A DNA stretch of 64,000 nucleotides from Candidatus Azotimanducaceae bacterium (GTDB lineage: Bacteria > Pseudomonadota > Gammaproteobacteria > Pseudomonadales > Azotimanducaceae): contig OZ244560.1 of assembly GCA_965217655.1 (NCBI GenBank), forward strand, positions 1,828,936 through 1,892,935, given 5' to 3'. How positions within the stretch are numbered: position 1 is the first letter of the stretch; every line of letters starts with the position of its first letter. Positions 9,091-19,796 of the stretch are shown here, piece by piece. Position numbers and translations under genes: made by a program. Below the pieces are notes generated by a model. The model saw only the letters and a list, made by a program, of their open reading frames with translations, made no database searches and was not told the origin of the DNA.

Positions 9091-10731
9091 TCAGGATTGG
9101 ATATACATCCAATAAATACCCAGGCTGCCCAGGATAGAGGTGCCTATCAAGGCCTCCGGAATGGAAGCATAACCGCTTAACGGCAGTAACGATGCCAGGA
9201 CCGCTGCGATCAGCGCAACCCCGCCAATACGGGTATATCTGACTGTGCGTGACTGCCGGTGGAGTGCCTGTTTGATATCGTTCAACAGTCTGGTCTGTTG
9301 CTGCGTGTGCTCTCCCAGAGAATTGAGTTCCGATAACGCTCCGAGTGCGAGCTCAGGAAGTTGGGGCAACTGTTGCAGCCATCGTGGTGCATTTTTCTCG
9401 AATTCCCTGAAGATACCCTTGATCCCCATCCTTGCTTGCATCCATTCTTCCATATACGGTGCAGCGGTTTCCCAGAGATCCAGCGCCGGATAAATCTGGC
9501 GACCCATGCCTTCAATGTTCAGCAATGTCTTTTGCAGCAGAACCAGTTGGGGCTGAACTTCCATTTCGAACTGGCGGGCAGTTTTGAAAAGGCTGACCAG
9601 CACTTTTCCAAACGAAATTTCCGAGATCGGTTTTTGAAATATCGGCGCACAAACACTTCTGATGACTGATTCAAAAGACCTTACATCAGTATCATCGGGT
9701 ACCCACCCACTGGCAACGTGCAGTTCCGCGACTTGCCGGTAATCCTGATGGAAGAAGGCAAGCAGGTTTTGCGCCAGATAATTTCTGTCTGCATCGGTCA
9801 GCGATCCGATGATGGCGCAATCCAGTGCGATATAAGTCGGGTTTTCCGGATCGCTGATGTCAACATAGACATTGCCGGGGTGCATGTCTGCGTGGAAGAA
9901 ATTATGTTCAAAAACCTGGGTGAAGAAAATGTCCACACCGAGGTGGGCCAGTTTCCTGAGGTTGACGCCATTCTCCTTCAAAACTTCGAGATCCGTAGCG
10001 CGTACACCATGGATTCGTTCCATGACCATGACATCTGTGGAACAGTAATCCCAGTGGACTTCCGGAACATAGAGCATGTCACTGCCGAGCCAGTTCTTCC
10101 GCAATACTGCCGTATTGGCCGCTTCCATAAGCAGATTGAGTTCGTTGAGAATAGTTTGTTCGTAGTCTTTGACAACTTCTATGGCATGCAGCCGTTTCCC
10201 ATCCTGCCAGAAGCGTTCGACGATACCTGCCAGAAAATACATGACCTGCAGGTCCCGATTAATCAACTTCCGGATGCCGGGTCGGATGATTTTAATGACT
10301 ACTTCTGCACCGGATTGGAGGTTTGCGGTATGTATCTGGGCGACAGATGCAGAGGCGAGAGGGATATCCTGAAAATCGATAAATACGGAGTCCACGGAAT
10401 CATCCAGGCTGGCCTCAATGATACTGCGTGCCTGCGTTGCAGGAAATGGCGGGACCTGATCCTGTAATTTCTCCAGTTCCAATGCAAGTTCACCCGTCAG
10501 GAGATCTTTTCTGGTAGACAGTATCTGGCCGAATTTGATAAAGACCGGGCCAAGCTTCTCTACTGCCATGCGCAATGACACCGCGGCCGAACTGGCGGGT
10601 GTCGGGAACAGCCGCAGTATTGACATCGGGTATTTCAGCCAGAACGGGATAATCAGGTCTTGCGGGATGATGCGGTCCAGTCTGTAACGGACGATGACCC
10701 CCAGGATCCGAAGGAGTCTAAACACATGCAT
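9091..10731 (-). CDS. ubiB: Ubiquinone biosynthesis protein kinase-like UbiB
   Basis: ABC1/UbiB motifs are present ([19 protein letters not shown]) with C-terminal TM helices. I chose the ATG at 10731 ([11 protein letters not shown]), which overlaps the ubiE stop by 14 nt. The track ORF begins at 10812. Confidence 0.88.
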   Translation of the reverse strand: MHVFRLLRILGVIVRYRLDRIIPQDLIIPFWLKYPMSILRLFPTPASSAAVSLRMAVEKLGPVFIKFGQILSTRKDLLTGELALELEKLQDQVPPFPATQARSIIEASLDDSVDSVFIDFQDIPLASASVAQIHTANLQSGAEVVIKIIRPGIRKLINRDLQVMYFLAGIVERFWQDGKRLHAIEVVKDYEQTILNELNLLMEAANTAVLRKNWLGSDMLYVPEVHWDYCSTDVMVMERIHGVRATDLEVLKENGVNLRKLAHLGVDIFFTQVFEHNFFHADMHPGNVYVDISDPENPTYIALDCAIIGSLTDADRNYLAQNLLAFFHQDYRQVAELHVASGWVPDDTDVRSFESVIRSVCAPIFQKPISEISFGKVLVSLFKTARQFEMEVQPQLVLLQKTLLNIEGMGRQIYPALDLWETAAPYMEEWMQARMGIKGIFREFEKNAPRWLQQLPQLPELALGALSELNSLGEHTQQQTRLLNDIKQALHRQSRTVRYTRIGGVALIAAVLASLLPLSGYASIPEALIGTSILGSLGIYWMYIQS

Positions 10732-11485
10732 TGTCAGAAACCTTACGGCCAACATGAATCGCCGCCACACCATTGAAAATATTGTGATACTCCACCTGTT
10801 CATATCCGGCATCTGACAACATCTGGCGAAGTTCTTCCTGGGGGGGATGCATCCTGATCGACTCTACAAGGTATTGATAACTTTCCCTGTCACCTGTGAT
10901 GAACCTGCCCACTTCCGGCCACAGGCGGGAATATGAATCATAGAGGTTGCGAACGATGGGATTCTCTGGCCGTGAAAATTCAAGGATAACCAGTTTGCCT
11001 CCCGGTTTGAGTACGCGTTTTGTAGCGTTGATGGCGGCTTGTTTATCGGTGAAATTGCGCAATCCAAAACCAATAGTGATTGCATTGAATGTGTTATCCG
11101 GGAATGGCAGTACTTCCGCATCCGCCTGAACGAAGGTGACGTTGTTGCTGATGCCGTTGTTCAGCAGTCTGTTCCTGCCGTGAGTCAACATGGAATCATT
11201 GATATCGCAGAGAACAACCTGGCCGTGGTCACCCACTATCGAAGATAATCTGCATGCCAGATCGCCGGTGCCACCAGCCAGATCGAGAATGCAATGGCCA
11301 GGCCGGGCAACTGTATACTCAACAGCAACCTGTTTCATCAGGCGATGGGTACCGAGCGACATCACATCGTTCATGATGTCATATTGGCTTGCCACGGAAT
11401 GGAATACACCCGCCACCTGTTCGGCTTTTTCCCTTGCAGGGATTTTTTGGAAACCGAACCAGGTTGTTTTATCGTCTTCTGACAT
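10718..11485 (-). CDS. ubiE: Demethylmenaquinone/ubiquinone C-methyltransferase
   Basis: [21 protein letters not shown] and LDLAGGTGD are present; 255 aa. Confidence 0.92.
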   Translation of the reverse strand: MSEDDKTTWFGFQKIPAREKAEQVAGVFHSVASQYDIMNDVMSLGTHRLMKQVAVEYTVARPGHCILDLAGGTGDLACRLSSIVGDHGQVVLCDINDSMLTHGRNRLLNNGISNNVTFVQADAEVLPFPDNTFNAITIGFGLRNFTDKQAAINATKRVLKPGGKLVILEFSRPENPIVRNLYDSYSRLWPEVGRFITGDRESYQYLVESIRMHPPQEELRQMLSDAGYEQVEYHNIFNGVAAIHVGRKVSDNACV

Positions 11486-11487
11486 GT

Positions 11488-11652
11488 CTAGGAGGCTGTC
11501 CGAGAACAGACTGACCTACTGCGGACAAGCCTGATTGGCCATATTTTCCGCTTATTTTCGTTTAATATGTACAATATTTGCCTCAAAAAACCAAAAAATA
11601 TGACTCAATCAGTCTCGCCCTCGCTACGGTCGCAGTTCTCGGACAGCCTCCC
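11488..11652. repeat. Small MITE-like element with 17-bp perfect inverted ends
   Basis: GGAGGCTGTCCGAGAAC at 11491-11507 and its reverse complement at 11635-11651. The left 32 nt (11488-11519) recur exactly, inverted, at 17268-17299. Confidence 0.7.
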
Positions 11653-11703
11653 AGAGACAACCGATCGAAGTCACGGGTTACAGTATAGCTGATGTAAAGC
11701 GGG

Positions 11704-12084
11704 TCAGTCTCCCGAGTGGCGTATTTCAATAAACCGGGAATCACGGCTTTTCCCGGCATTCGCCAGACGTTCCAGGTAGCTGGCCCAGTTGGATTCCTGA
11801 TTAATAGCCAGTTCATACAGGTATTGCCAGGAGAAAATACCCGAATCATGACCATCGGAAAAAATCAGTTTGAGGGCATAATTACCCTGTGGTTCCACGT
11901 CTCTGAACTGTACATCCCGCTTGCCAGACTGCAGCACCGCCTGGTCGGGTCCATGTCCCTGAACTTCTGCGGAAGGTGAGAAAACCCTGAGATATTCCGC
12001 ACTCAGGGTGAATGTGGAATTTTCACTGTAAACGAGTTCCAACTCGGCGGATTTTTTATGTATGTTGATTTTTACAGGGATCAT
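11704..12084 (-). CDS. DUF971 family protein (gamma-butyrobetaine hydroxylase-like N-terminal domain)
   Basis: 126 aa. Pattern LELVYSENSTFTLSAEYLRVFSPSAEV...GNYALKLIFSDGHDSGIFSWQYL. Confidence 0.7.
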   Translation of the reverse strand: MIPVKINIHKKSAELELVYSENSTFTLSAEYLRVFSPSAEVQGHGPDQAVLQSGKRDVQFRDVEPQGNYALKLIFSDGHDSGIFSWQYLYELAINQESNWASYLERLANAGKSRDSRFIEIRHSGD

Positions 12085-12087
12085 GTT

Positions 12088-13407
12088 TCAGAGAATGTAA
12101 CGACTGAGATCCTCGTCTCCTGCCAGATTCTCCAGATGTTTATTGACGTAATCCGCGTCTATAACAACTTTTTGGGTTTCCATGGATTCACCGGCATTAA
12201 ATGAAATTTCTTCCAACAGCCTTTCCATCACGGTATGCAATCGACGGGCGCCGATATTTTCAGTGGATTCGTTCACCTGCCAGGCAATCTCGGCAATCCG
12301 GGTAATACCCTCCGGGGTGTATTCCAGTTCCAGACCTTCTGTCTGCATCAGCGCATGATATTGCTCGGTCAATGAAGCGTCCGGTTCCGTCAGTATCCGC
12401 TCAAAGTCACGGGAGTCAAGGGCATTGAGTTCGACTCGAATCGGCAATCGACCCTGCAACTCCGGAATCAGGTCGGACGGTTTATTCAGGTGAAAGGCGC
12501 CAGAGGCAATAAACAGAATATGATCAGTACGAATCATCCCGTACCGGGTGGTGACATTACTCCCTTCGATCAGTGGTAACAGGTCCCGTTGCACACCCTC
12601 GCGGGAGACATCCGCACCGCTGCGTTCCGACCGGTTGGTAATCTTGTCCATTTCATCAATAAAAACGATGCCTGTCTGCTCCACTGCCTCGACAGCCTGT
12701 AAACGAAGGTCATCCTCATCGATGAGACGGTTCGCCTCTTCATCGGTCAACTGTTTCAGAGCGTCCTTGACTTTGATGTTCCTGCGTTTTGTCTTTTCGG
12801 GTGACAGAGAAGAAAACATGTTCTGTAATTGACTGGTCATCTCCTCCATCCCGGGAGGCGCCATGATTTCCACGCCTACAGATGGTGTCTGTATCTCGAT
12901 TTCAATTTCCTGTTCGTCGAAGTCACCTTCCCGCAGTTTTTTTCTGAATACCTGGCGGGTGCCGGTATTTCGGGACTCTTCTTCGCCCCTGGCCGGTGTC
13001 AATAATGCGTCCAGTATCCGCTCTTCCGCTGCATCGACAGCTCTGGGTCCGGCTCTCTGAACCTGGGCTTCGCGCAGGAGTTTCACAGCGGCTTCAACCA
13101 GGTCCCTGATGATGGATTCCACGTCCCGGCCCACGTATCCCACTTCTGTGAATTTGGTTGCTTCCACCTTGATAAAAGGTGCGTTTGCCAGACGAGCCAG
13201 TCGTCTTGCAATTTCTGTTTTACCGACACCCGTTGGTCCGATCATCAAGATGTTTTTAGGTGAGATCTCGGCCCTGAGATGCTCATCAAGCTGTAATCGC
13301 CGCCATCGATTGCGCAACGCAATAGCGACCGCGCGTTTGGCATCGATTTGTCCAACAATGTGCTTGTCAAGATCGTGTACGATCTCTCGGGGTGTCATAT
13401 TCGACAT
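12088..13407 (-). CDS. hslU: ATP-dependent protease ATPase subunit HslU
   Basis: [17 protein letters not shown], Walker [16 protein letters not shown], and FIDEMDKI. Confidence 0.95.
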   Translation of the reverse strand: MSNMTPREIVHDLDKHIVGQIDAKRAVAIALRNRWRRLQLDEHLRAEISPKNILMIGPTGVGKTEIARRLARLANAPFIKVEATKFTEVGYVGRDVESIIRDLVEAAVKLLREAQVQRAGPRAVDAAEERILDALLTPARGEEESRNTGTRQVFRKKLREGDFDEQEIEIEIQTPSVGVEIMAPPGMEEMTSQLQNMFSSLSPEKTKRRNIKVKDALKQLTDEEANRLIDEDDLRLQAVEAVEQTGIVFIDEMDKITNRSERSGADVSREGVQRDLLPLIEGSNVTTRYGMIRTDHILFIASGAFHLNKPSDLIPELQGRLPIRVELNALDSRDFERILTEPDASLTEQYHALMQTEGLELEYTPEGITRIAEIAWQVNESTENIGARRLHTVMERLLEEISFNAGESMETQKVVIDADYVNKHLENLAGDEDLSRYIL

Positions 13408-13410
13408 GGG

Positions 13411-13950
13411 TTAGTACGCAATCTCTTCAACGGTTGTCTGATGATTGGAGTAAACGCAGATTTCAGCAGCGATGTACAGGCTCTGCTCCACAATTTCCCT
13501 TGCGCTCATCCCGGTATTGGCAAGCAGCGCTACTGCCGCGGATTTTGCATACTGCCCGCCAGAACCAATGGCCAGTATACCATCGTCAGGTTCAATGACA
13601 TCTCCATTACCGGTTACCAGAAGGGAATCATTCTTGTCTGCAACGATAAGCAGTGCCTCGAGACGCCGCAGTGCGCGGTCGGTCCGCCAGTCCTTGGCGA
13701 GTTCGACTGCAGACCTGACGAGATTTCCCTGATGTTTTTCAAGTTGTCCTTCAAATCGTTCGAACAGGGTGAACGCGTCTGCTGTACCACCGGCAAACCC
13801 TGCAATCACCTGCTCCTTGTATAATCGCCGCACTTTTCGGGCGTTGCCTTTCATCACGGTGTCGCCCATGCTGACCTGTCCATCACCGCCGACAACCACT
13901 GCATCTCCCCGGCGTACCGACACAATAGTAGTTCCTCGAAATTGTTCCAT
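13411..13950 (-). CDS. hslV: ATP-dependent protease subunit HslV
   Basis: GTTIVSVRR (Thr nucleophile context), [10 protein letters not shown] and GSGG. Confidence 0.95.
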   Translation of the reverse strand: MEQFRGTTIVSVRRGDAVVVGGDGQVSMGDTVMKGNARKVRRLYKEQVIAGFAGGTADAFTLFERFEGQLEKHQGNLVRSAVELAKDWRTDRALRRLEALLIVADKNDSLLVTGNGDVIEPDDGILAIGSGGQYAKSAAVALLANTGMSAREIVEQSLYIAAEICVYSNHQTTVEEIAY

Positions 13951-14022
13951 CGTTAACTTTCCCGGATATTCAAATAGTAGTTCCTCGAAATAGTTCCATC
14001 GTTAACTTCCCCGGATATTCAA
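13925..14022. repeat. Tandem duplication (2 x 49 bp, 47/49 identical) spanning the hslV start
   Basis: Copy A is 13925-13973 and copy B is 13974-14022. Both contain the leader, the ATG and the first 8-9 codons. Confidence 0.85.
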
Positions 14023-14105
14023 ACTGCAGAAATGGGGTTGATCAGAACGATTTCAAGGTAAACCCGTATCTGTTTATGCATGAAACTGCCTCAAGATTCA
14101 GGATG

Positions 14106-14624
14106 TCATTGATTGACCCGAAAGGGAATTGCTGAAATACGGGCCCGGGACAGTTTATCCTGGACCTGATTCAGTGCTGCCTGATCAGGTAATGGTCCCA
14201 CGATAACACGGTGCCTGACAGAGCCGTTCACTTCCACCTCTCTTACAAACACATCCAACCCCATCAGCAGGAGTTCAGCGCGCATTTCATCAGCATCTTC
14301 CGGGGTAGTAAAGGAACCTGCCTGCAATATGTAGGTAAAACCCTCTTCTACCCTTATCACGCTTTTGTCATCGTAGTCTGCATCGATAGGGACTTCTGTT
14401 GAGGGGAATATCTCGTAGAAGTCGAAATCCCACGGTTGTTCTTCAACCAGAGGCCGGGGTACGGGTTTTGCCAGTTTATCTTGTTCTGTTATCTCTACAG
14501 GCATGGAAATCCACAGGTAAACCAGCAGGCCACCACAGGCAAGGCCGATAATGAACCAGATTATTCTGGACAATTGGGGTTCCGTTGGTTTAGTTGCATG
14601 GTTTTTAGCGAAGTCCCGGGGCAT
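14106..14624 (-). CDS. ftsN: SPOR-domain cell division protein (FtsN-like by position)
   Basis: N-terminal TM segment and C-terminal SPOR-like ILQAGSFTTPEDADEMRAELLLMG...HRVIVGPL. It lies between priA and hslVU, as in E. coli. Confidence 0.6.
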   Translation of the reverse strand: MPRDFAKNHATKPTEPQLSRIIWFIIGLACGGLLVYLWISMPVEITEQDKLAKPVPRPLVEEQPWDFDFYEIFPSTEVPIDADYDDKSVIRVEEGFTYILQAGSFTTPEDADEMRAELLLMGLDVFVREVEVNGSVRHRVIVGPLPDQAALNQVQDKLSRARISAIPFRVNQ

Positions 14625-14687
14625 CGGAAGGTAACTATCTGTTTTTCCCTGGATTGTATCACTATCACCTTCCTGGATTAACGGTAT

Positions 14688-16880
14688 TCAATACAGGTCC
14701 ACAGGGTCTACATCAATTGACCAGCGAACCTTCTTGGCAAGTTTACTGTTTTCAGCAAACTTTATCCGCAAATCAAGTTCATCATGCAAAATCCTTCTGG
14801 AAGTGCTGGAAAAAAGCAGCTGGGCCCGGTAAAAGCCTTCTCTTTTTTCCATGGTGGAAGGCACAGGTCCCAACAAGTCGACCCTTGGAGAAGAGCGCTC
14901 GTTTGCACTCAACTCCTCCAGAAACTCCAGTGCCCGGGTTCTGGATGTACTTTCTGCACGGATCAGTGCCTGATGGCAAAACGGTGGCAGATTATTGTCA
15001 CGTCGTTCCTGCAGCAGGTTCTTTGCAAATTGAGTGTATCCCTCCTTAATAAGTTGTTTCAATACAGGCTGATCAGGAAAATGCGATTGAATGACTACGT
15101 TACCGGCTTTGCCACTTCTTCCGGAACGCCCGCCAACCTGCAGGATGAGTTGTCCCATCCTTTCCATTGCCTTGAAATCCGTGCTATAGAAGCTGGAATC
15201 AATATCCACGATGACTGATAGCGTCACTTCAGAAAAGTGATGCCCTTTTGCAATCATCTGTGTCCCCACGAGGATCAACGGTTCACCGGAAGCGAGTTCC
15301 GCCAGCATGCTGTTGAGAGAACCTTTTCGACGAGTGCTGTCCCGGTCTATTCTCAGCACGCGAACCCCGGGAAACAGGATCTTCAGCCTGTCCTCAATCT
15401 TCTGGGTTCCAATACCCAGCAACAGCAAATTTCCGGCATGACATTGTTCGCAATACTGTGGCATTGGATTTTCATTGCCACAGTGGTGACAGAGGAGCCG
15501 TTGTCCGGGAAGATGAAACGTCATGCGTGCATCACACCGGTGGCAATTGGCAGTCCAATGGCATTCCGGGCAGTGCAGAACAGGTGCAAATCCCCGTCGA
15601 TTAAGAAATACCAGAACCTGGCTCCCGGTCTGCAGATGTTGCTCAATGAGTCTGATCAGAGGTTTTGAGAAGCCATCGCGTGTTTCCCGGTTTCTGAGGT
15701 TGATAATCTGATAACTCTCTTTTGCAATGTCGACAGGACGATGTCTTAATTGAACACTCGCATATTTACCGGTCCAGGCATTGTTGAGGCTTTCCAGCGA
15801 AGGTGTGGCGGACCCGAGCAGAACAGGTATGTGCTCAAACTGCCCCCTGAGAACGGCGAGGTCCCGTGCTGAATATCTGAATCCGTCATGCTGTTTCAGC
15901 GAAGCGTCGTGTTCTTCGTCAACGACAATCATGCCTGGCCTTGCCAGGGGTGTAAAAACCGCGGACCTCGTCCCGATGACAATGCCTGCCTGTCCCGATG
16001 ACGCCATTCGCCAGGCAGTTAATCTCTCCTGATTGGTGAGTCCGGAATGCAGCAGCACAACCGGGACGTCAAATCTGTTTGAAAAACGCTGGACCGTTTG
16101 CGGCGTCAGACCGATTTCGGGTACCAGAACCAGTGCCTGAAAATTTTTCCGCAGAATTTTTTCAATTGCGCGCAGATAGATCTCTGTCTTGCCACTTCCC
16201 GTAATACCCTGGATCAACCAGGTTCCATGATCACCGATACTGTTCAGGGCTACTTCCTGTTCACTGGTCAGTGATATGTTTTCACTATTGACCGTATTGA
16301 GACTGAATGCCGTCACCGGGTCCGTCATTTCCTGCCGGCGGACAAGACCTTTTCTGATCAGCGCCTGTATCGTGGCCGATGAGATTCCGGCTGATTTGAG
16401 TTGTTTGCGGTCATATCCGTTCAATTGGCGAACCAGCAGGGTCAGTGCTGCTTTCTGCAGGGGTGCGCGTTGCAGTGATGACTGCTCAGTTTCCTTTCCT
16501 TTCTTTGTGGCAATAAGTCGATGCGTCACCTGCTGACCGGGTTTCCCCTTTCTGAGTAACACAGGTATTGCTGATGCCAGAACATCGCCAACGGGATGGT
16601 GATAGTAATCAGCAGACCACAGGCAGAGTTTTAGAATGGTTTCAGGCAGGATGGGTTTGGGGTCCAGCAGTTTTTCTGCCCTGCGAAGCTTTTCCAGGGG
16701 AGTGTTGGATTCTTCTGTATACCCGATGAGAATGCCAATCAGGGATTTACTCCCGAATGGAACCCGAAAGCGGCACCCCGGTTTTGTATCCGCTGGTAAT
16801 TCATCCGGCGGCAGGTAATGAAAACTACGGCGAAGGGGAGTTGGAACTGCGATTTCCAAAAGTCGTTCCGACGAATGCAT
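14688..16880 (-). CDS. priA: Primosomal replication protein N' (PriA helicase)
   Basis: 730 aa. [14 protein letters not shown] and the Cys-rich zinc insert [20 protein letters not shown]...LLCHHCG. Confidence 0.95.
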   Translation of the reverse strand: MHSSERLLEIAVPTPLRRSFHYLPPDELPADTKPGCRFRVPFGSKSLIGILIGYTEESNTPLEKLRRAEKLLDPKPILPETILKLCLWSADYYHHPVGDVLASAIPVLLRKGKPGQQVTHRLIATKKGKETEQSSLQRAPLQKAALTLLVRQLNGYDRKQLKSAGISSATIQALIRKGLVRRQEMTDPVTAFSLNTVNSENISLTSEQEVALNSIGDHGTWLIQGITGSGKTEIYLRAIEKILRKNFQALVLVPEIGLTPQTVQRFSNRFDVPVVLLHSGLTNQERLTAWRMASSGQAGIVIGTRSAVFTPLARPGMIVVDEEHDASLKQHDGFRYSARDLAVLRGQFEHIPVLLGSATPSLESLNNAWTGKYASVQLRHRPVDIAKESYQIINLRNRETRDGFSKPLIRLIEQHLQTGSQVLVFLNRRGFAPVLHCPECHWTANCHRCDARMTFHLPGQRLLCHHCGNENPMPQYCEQCHAGNLLLLGIGTQKIEDRLKILFPGVRVLRIDRDSTRRKGSLNSMLAELASGEPLILVGTQMIAKGHHFSEVTLSVIVDIDSSFYSTDFKAMERMGQLILQVGGRSGRSGKAGNVVIQSHFPDQPVLKQLIKEGYTQFAKNLLQERRDNNLPPFCHQALIRAESTSRTRALEFLEELSANERSSPRVDLLGPVPSTMEKREGFYRAQLLFSSTSRRILHDELDLRIKFAENSKLAKKVRWSIDVDPVDLY

Positions 16881-17032
16881 GTGGCTCCAGGCGGGATTGC
16901 AACGATCTTATGGTGCCAAATTCAGGCGACAGAGTAAAACCTGTCCGTATTAAAATGTCATGGGCATATACCCCTTGCGAATTACTCTTTCTCTGGTATG
17001 ATGCGCCTTCTTTCCTATCTCGGTTTCAACCC

Positions 17033-17260
17033 ATGAAAGCGGATATTCACCCGGAGTACCAGGAGATTACAGCAACATGCAGTTGCGGTAATGTCATCAC
17101 AACCCGGTCCACTGTCTGTGAGGATATTCACCTTGAAGTTTGTTCACAATGTCATCCGTTCTACACAGGAAGACAGAAAGTGATCGACTCCGCCGGTCGA
17201 ATTGATCGATTCAACAAGCGTTTTGGCAATATGGGCAGAGGTTCCCGGAAACAGGCTTGA
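17033..17260 (+). CDS. rpmE: 50S ribosomal protein L31
   Basis: [20 protein letters not shown]...[10 protein letters not shown]. This is an internal start within track ORF 16757..17260. Confidence 0.93.
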   Translation: MKADIHPEYQEITATCSCGNVITTRSTVCEDIHLEVCSQCHPFYTGRQKVIDSAGRIDRFNKRFGNMGRGSRKQA

Positions 17261-17267
17261 ATTGGGG

Positions 17268-17299
17268 GTAGGTCAGTCTGTTCTCGGACAGCCTCCTAG
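17268..17299. repeat. Solo 32-nt REP-like copy
   Basis: Exact reverse complement of 11488-11519. It sits in the rpmE/mrcA convergent gap and overlaps the mrcA stop. Confidence 0.8.
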
Positions 17300-19719
17300 A
17301 ATATTTCCTGAATGGGTTGGGAGCGATCTTCCTCCTGATGGAGAACGCTTGAATCCGGTATATACTCCTCCCGGAAATACTCATACTTTCCATGAGGGTC
17401 ATCCGGAGTAGTCCGCAAGCCGGTATCACGATTAATTCGCACCTGGACCAGTCCATCCGGCGTGGGCAAGCTTATTGTTTCGCTTTCTGGTGGCAGCGCC
17501 TCAGCCATGAAAGCAGCCCAGGTCTCAAGTGGTACTGTTGACCCCCACTCATTACTTCCAACGGGGCTGTTATCGCTGAATCCTGCCCAGGCAGTCGCCA
17601 CAAGATCGGCAGTATATCCCGAGAACCAGATGTCAGCATCGTTGGTAGTGCCGGTTTTACCTTGCAGGTCATCACGTTCCAGTAACTGTCTGGCCTTTGT
17701 ACCTGTCCCGCTTCTGATCACGTCTCCCAGAATAGTGTTCATGATATAGGCCACTCTCGGTTCAATGATGACCGGTGCAGGATTGACTCCGTTACAGTCA
17801 TCGATACATACAACGTCGGGAGAAGCTTGCCAGAGCGTGTCTTCGTTAATCGAGTCTACCCGTGTTACCAGATAAGGAGTGACTTTATAGCCGCCGTTGG
17901 CAAAACTGGCATATCCTGTGGCAATTTCAAGCGGTGTCAACGCAATGGTGCCGCCCCCGAAAGCCAACTGAACATTATTGGGGAAATTGCTGGTATCAAA
18001 ACCAAAACGTGCTACATAATCAATCGCGTTTTGTGGACCATAATCCAGTATGACTCGAAGCGAGACCAGATTGATAGATCGATACAAGGCTTCTCTTAAA
18101 TTGATTTTACCGCGGTACCGGTCACCGGAATTTCTTGGCCGATAGTATTCTTCCAATTCACCACCTGGCAGTGTGATGGGTGCGTCATTGTATATGGTTG
18201 CCGCGGTGAGCCCGTTTTCCAGGGCGCCGGCATAGAAGAACGGTTTGAAATTTGAACCAGGCTGGCGTCTTGCCTGGGTCACATGATTAAATTCCAGTTC
18301 AGTAAAGTCATATCCCCCTGACAATGCCTTGACAGCACCATCGAATGGAGAGAGTGCAACCAGGGCACCCCTTATCTCCGGAATCTGGCCAAGACGCCAT
18401 TGGTCAGCCTCCTGTTCTATATAGATGAAGTCCCCGACTGAGAGAATATCACTTGCTTTTCCAGGCGCCCTGCCCCGCACATCGGTATTGATATACGGTC
18501 GAGCCCATTTAAGTCCATCCCAGTCTATGGTGAAAACCTCCTGATTACGTTTAAGCACCGTAACCGATTGATCCTCAACGGTGGTCACAATAGCCGGATG
18601 CTGGTTGCCATGAATACTGGCATTATTCAGAGCCTCGATCCATTCTGGGGGATAGCCGTATTCCGGTGCAGCAAGAAAATCTTCGGTTCCCTGGACCCTG
18701 CGGTATTTTGGGCCCCGATACCCATGCCGCCGGTCATATTCTTCCAGCTTGGTTTTGAGTGCCCTGTCCGCGGCAAGCTGCATTTTACTATCGACCGTTG
18801 TGTAAGCGACCAAACCGCGTGTATAGGCGTCCAGTCCAAACTGGTCAATCATTTCTCGGCGGGCCATTTCGGCAACATAGAGTGCCTGAAGCTCTATTGG
18901 ACGCTTGTGTACCTGTGCTGTAATAGGAGCGTTAACAGCAGTCTCATAGGCCTGCTGGTCAATTGATCCCTGTTCGAGCATACGTCGCAGCACAAGGTTA
19001 CGTCTTTCCAGCGCCCACTCGGGTCCATTAATGGGATTTCCTGCCTCGGGCTTTTTTGGAATACCTGCCAACATTGCCAACTGGGCAAGATTCAATGAAT
19101 CAATATTTTTACCATAGTAAGTATTGGAGGCAGCCTGAATGCCAAAGGCATGTTTGCCGAACGGGATGATATTGAGGTATAGCGACAGTATTTCCTTTTT
19201 CGTCATTTCCCGTTCTATTTTGACCGCAAGCAACATTTCCTTGAACTTGCGAATGAACCGGATCTGGGATTCACCCGATATGTTCTTTACCAGTTGCATT
19301 GTAATGGTACTCGCGCCTGATTGAATGGCGCCGCCGGAACTGATGAGCTGCCAGGTTGCATTCATCAGTGTAACCAGATCGATCCCGCCATGCTCAAAAT
19401 AGCGTTTGTCTTCGGTGTCCAGAAGTGCACGGATAAACAGGTCTGGTATCGCTTCGTAAGGAATTGGCGTCAGACGTTCGCCAAATTCCTGAATCAGCTT
19501 TTGGTCACTGGAGTAAATGCGCAAAGGCGCCTTGATGGTGACTTTACTGAATGTACTGGTATCCGGGATCTGTGGATTGAGATAGAGGAACGCTGCGGAA
19601 AGGACGAGCACCATGCCACTGGTCAGTGAAGCTGTGAACCAGATGATGATCTTTCCTGCAAATCTGAGCTTTTGGACCAATGCTGCATCAATCCTGGACA
19701 ATGTCTGCACTTTAAACAC
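17296..19719 (-). CDS. mrcA: Penicillin-binding protein 1A (bifunctional glycosyltransferase/transpeptidase)
   Basis: 807 aa. EDKRYFEHGGID, the GASTITMQL glycosyltransferase motifs, and transpeptidase-like motifs (GSNFKP, KTGTTND). Confidence 0.93.
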   Translation of the reverse strand: MFKVQTLSRIDAALVQKLRFAGKIIIWFTASLTSGMVLVLSAAFLYLNPQIPDTSTFSKVTIKAPLRIYSSDQKLIQEFGERLTPIPYEAIPDLFIRALLDTEDKRYFEHGGIDLVTLMNATWQLISSGGAIQSGASTITMQLVKNISGESQIRFIRKFKEMLLAVKIEREMTKKEILSLYLNIIPFGKHAFGIQAASNTYYGKNIDSLNLAQLAMLAGIPKKPEAGNPINGPEWALERRNLVLRRMLEQGSIDQQAYETAVNAPITAQVHKRPIELQALYVAEMARREMIDQFGLDAYTRGLVAYTTVDSKMQLAADRALKTKLEEYDRRHGYRGPKYRRVQGTEDFLAAPEYGYPPEWIEALNNASIHGNQHPAIVTTVEDQSVTVLKRNQEVFTIDWDGLKWARPYINTDVRGRAPGKASDILSVGDFIYIEQEADQWRLGQIPEIRGALVALSPFDGAVKALSGGYDFTELEFNHVTQARRQPGSNFKPFFYAGALENGLTAATIYNDAPITLPGGELEEYYRPRNSGDRYRGKINLREALYRSINLVSLRVILDYGPQNAIDYVARFGFDTSNFPNNVQLAFGGGTIALTPLEIATGYASFANGGYKVTPYLVTRVDSINEDTLWQASPDVVCIDDCNGVNPAPVIIEPRVAYIMNTILGDVIRSGTGTKARQLLERDDLQGKTGTTNDADIWFSGYTADLVATAWAGFSDNSPVGSNEWGSTVPLETWAAFMAEALPPESETISLPTPDGLVQVRINRDTGLRTTPDDPHGKYEYFREEYIPDSSVLHQEEDRSQPIQEIF

Positions 19720-19796
19720 TTGATTTACGGTGTCTCATGTAAGTTATTTCCCGAAGCCCTGTCCTCGACAGCCATTATAATGACTTCCCTTGTATT

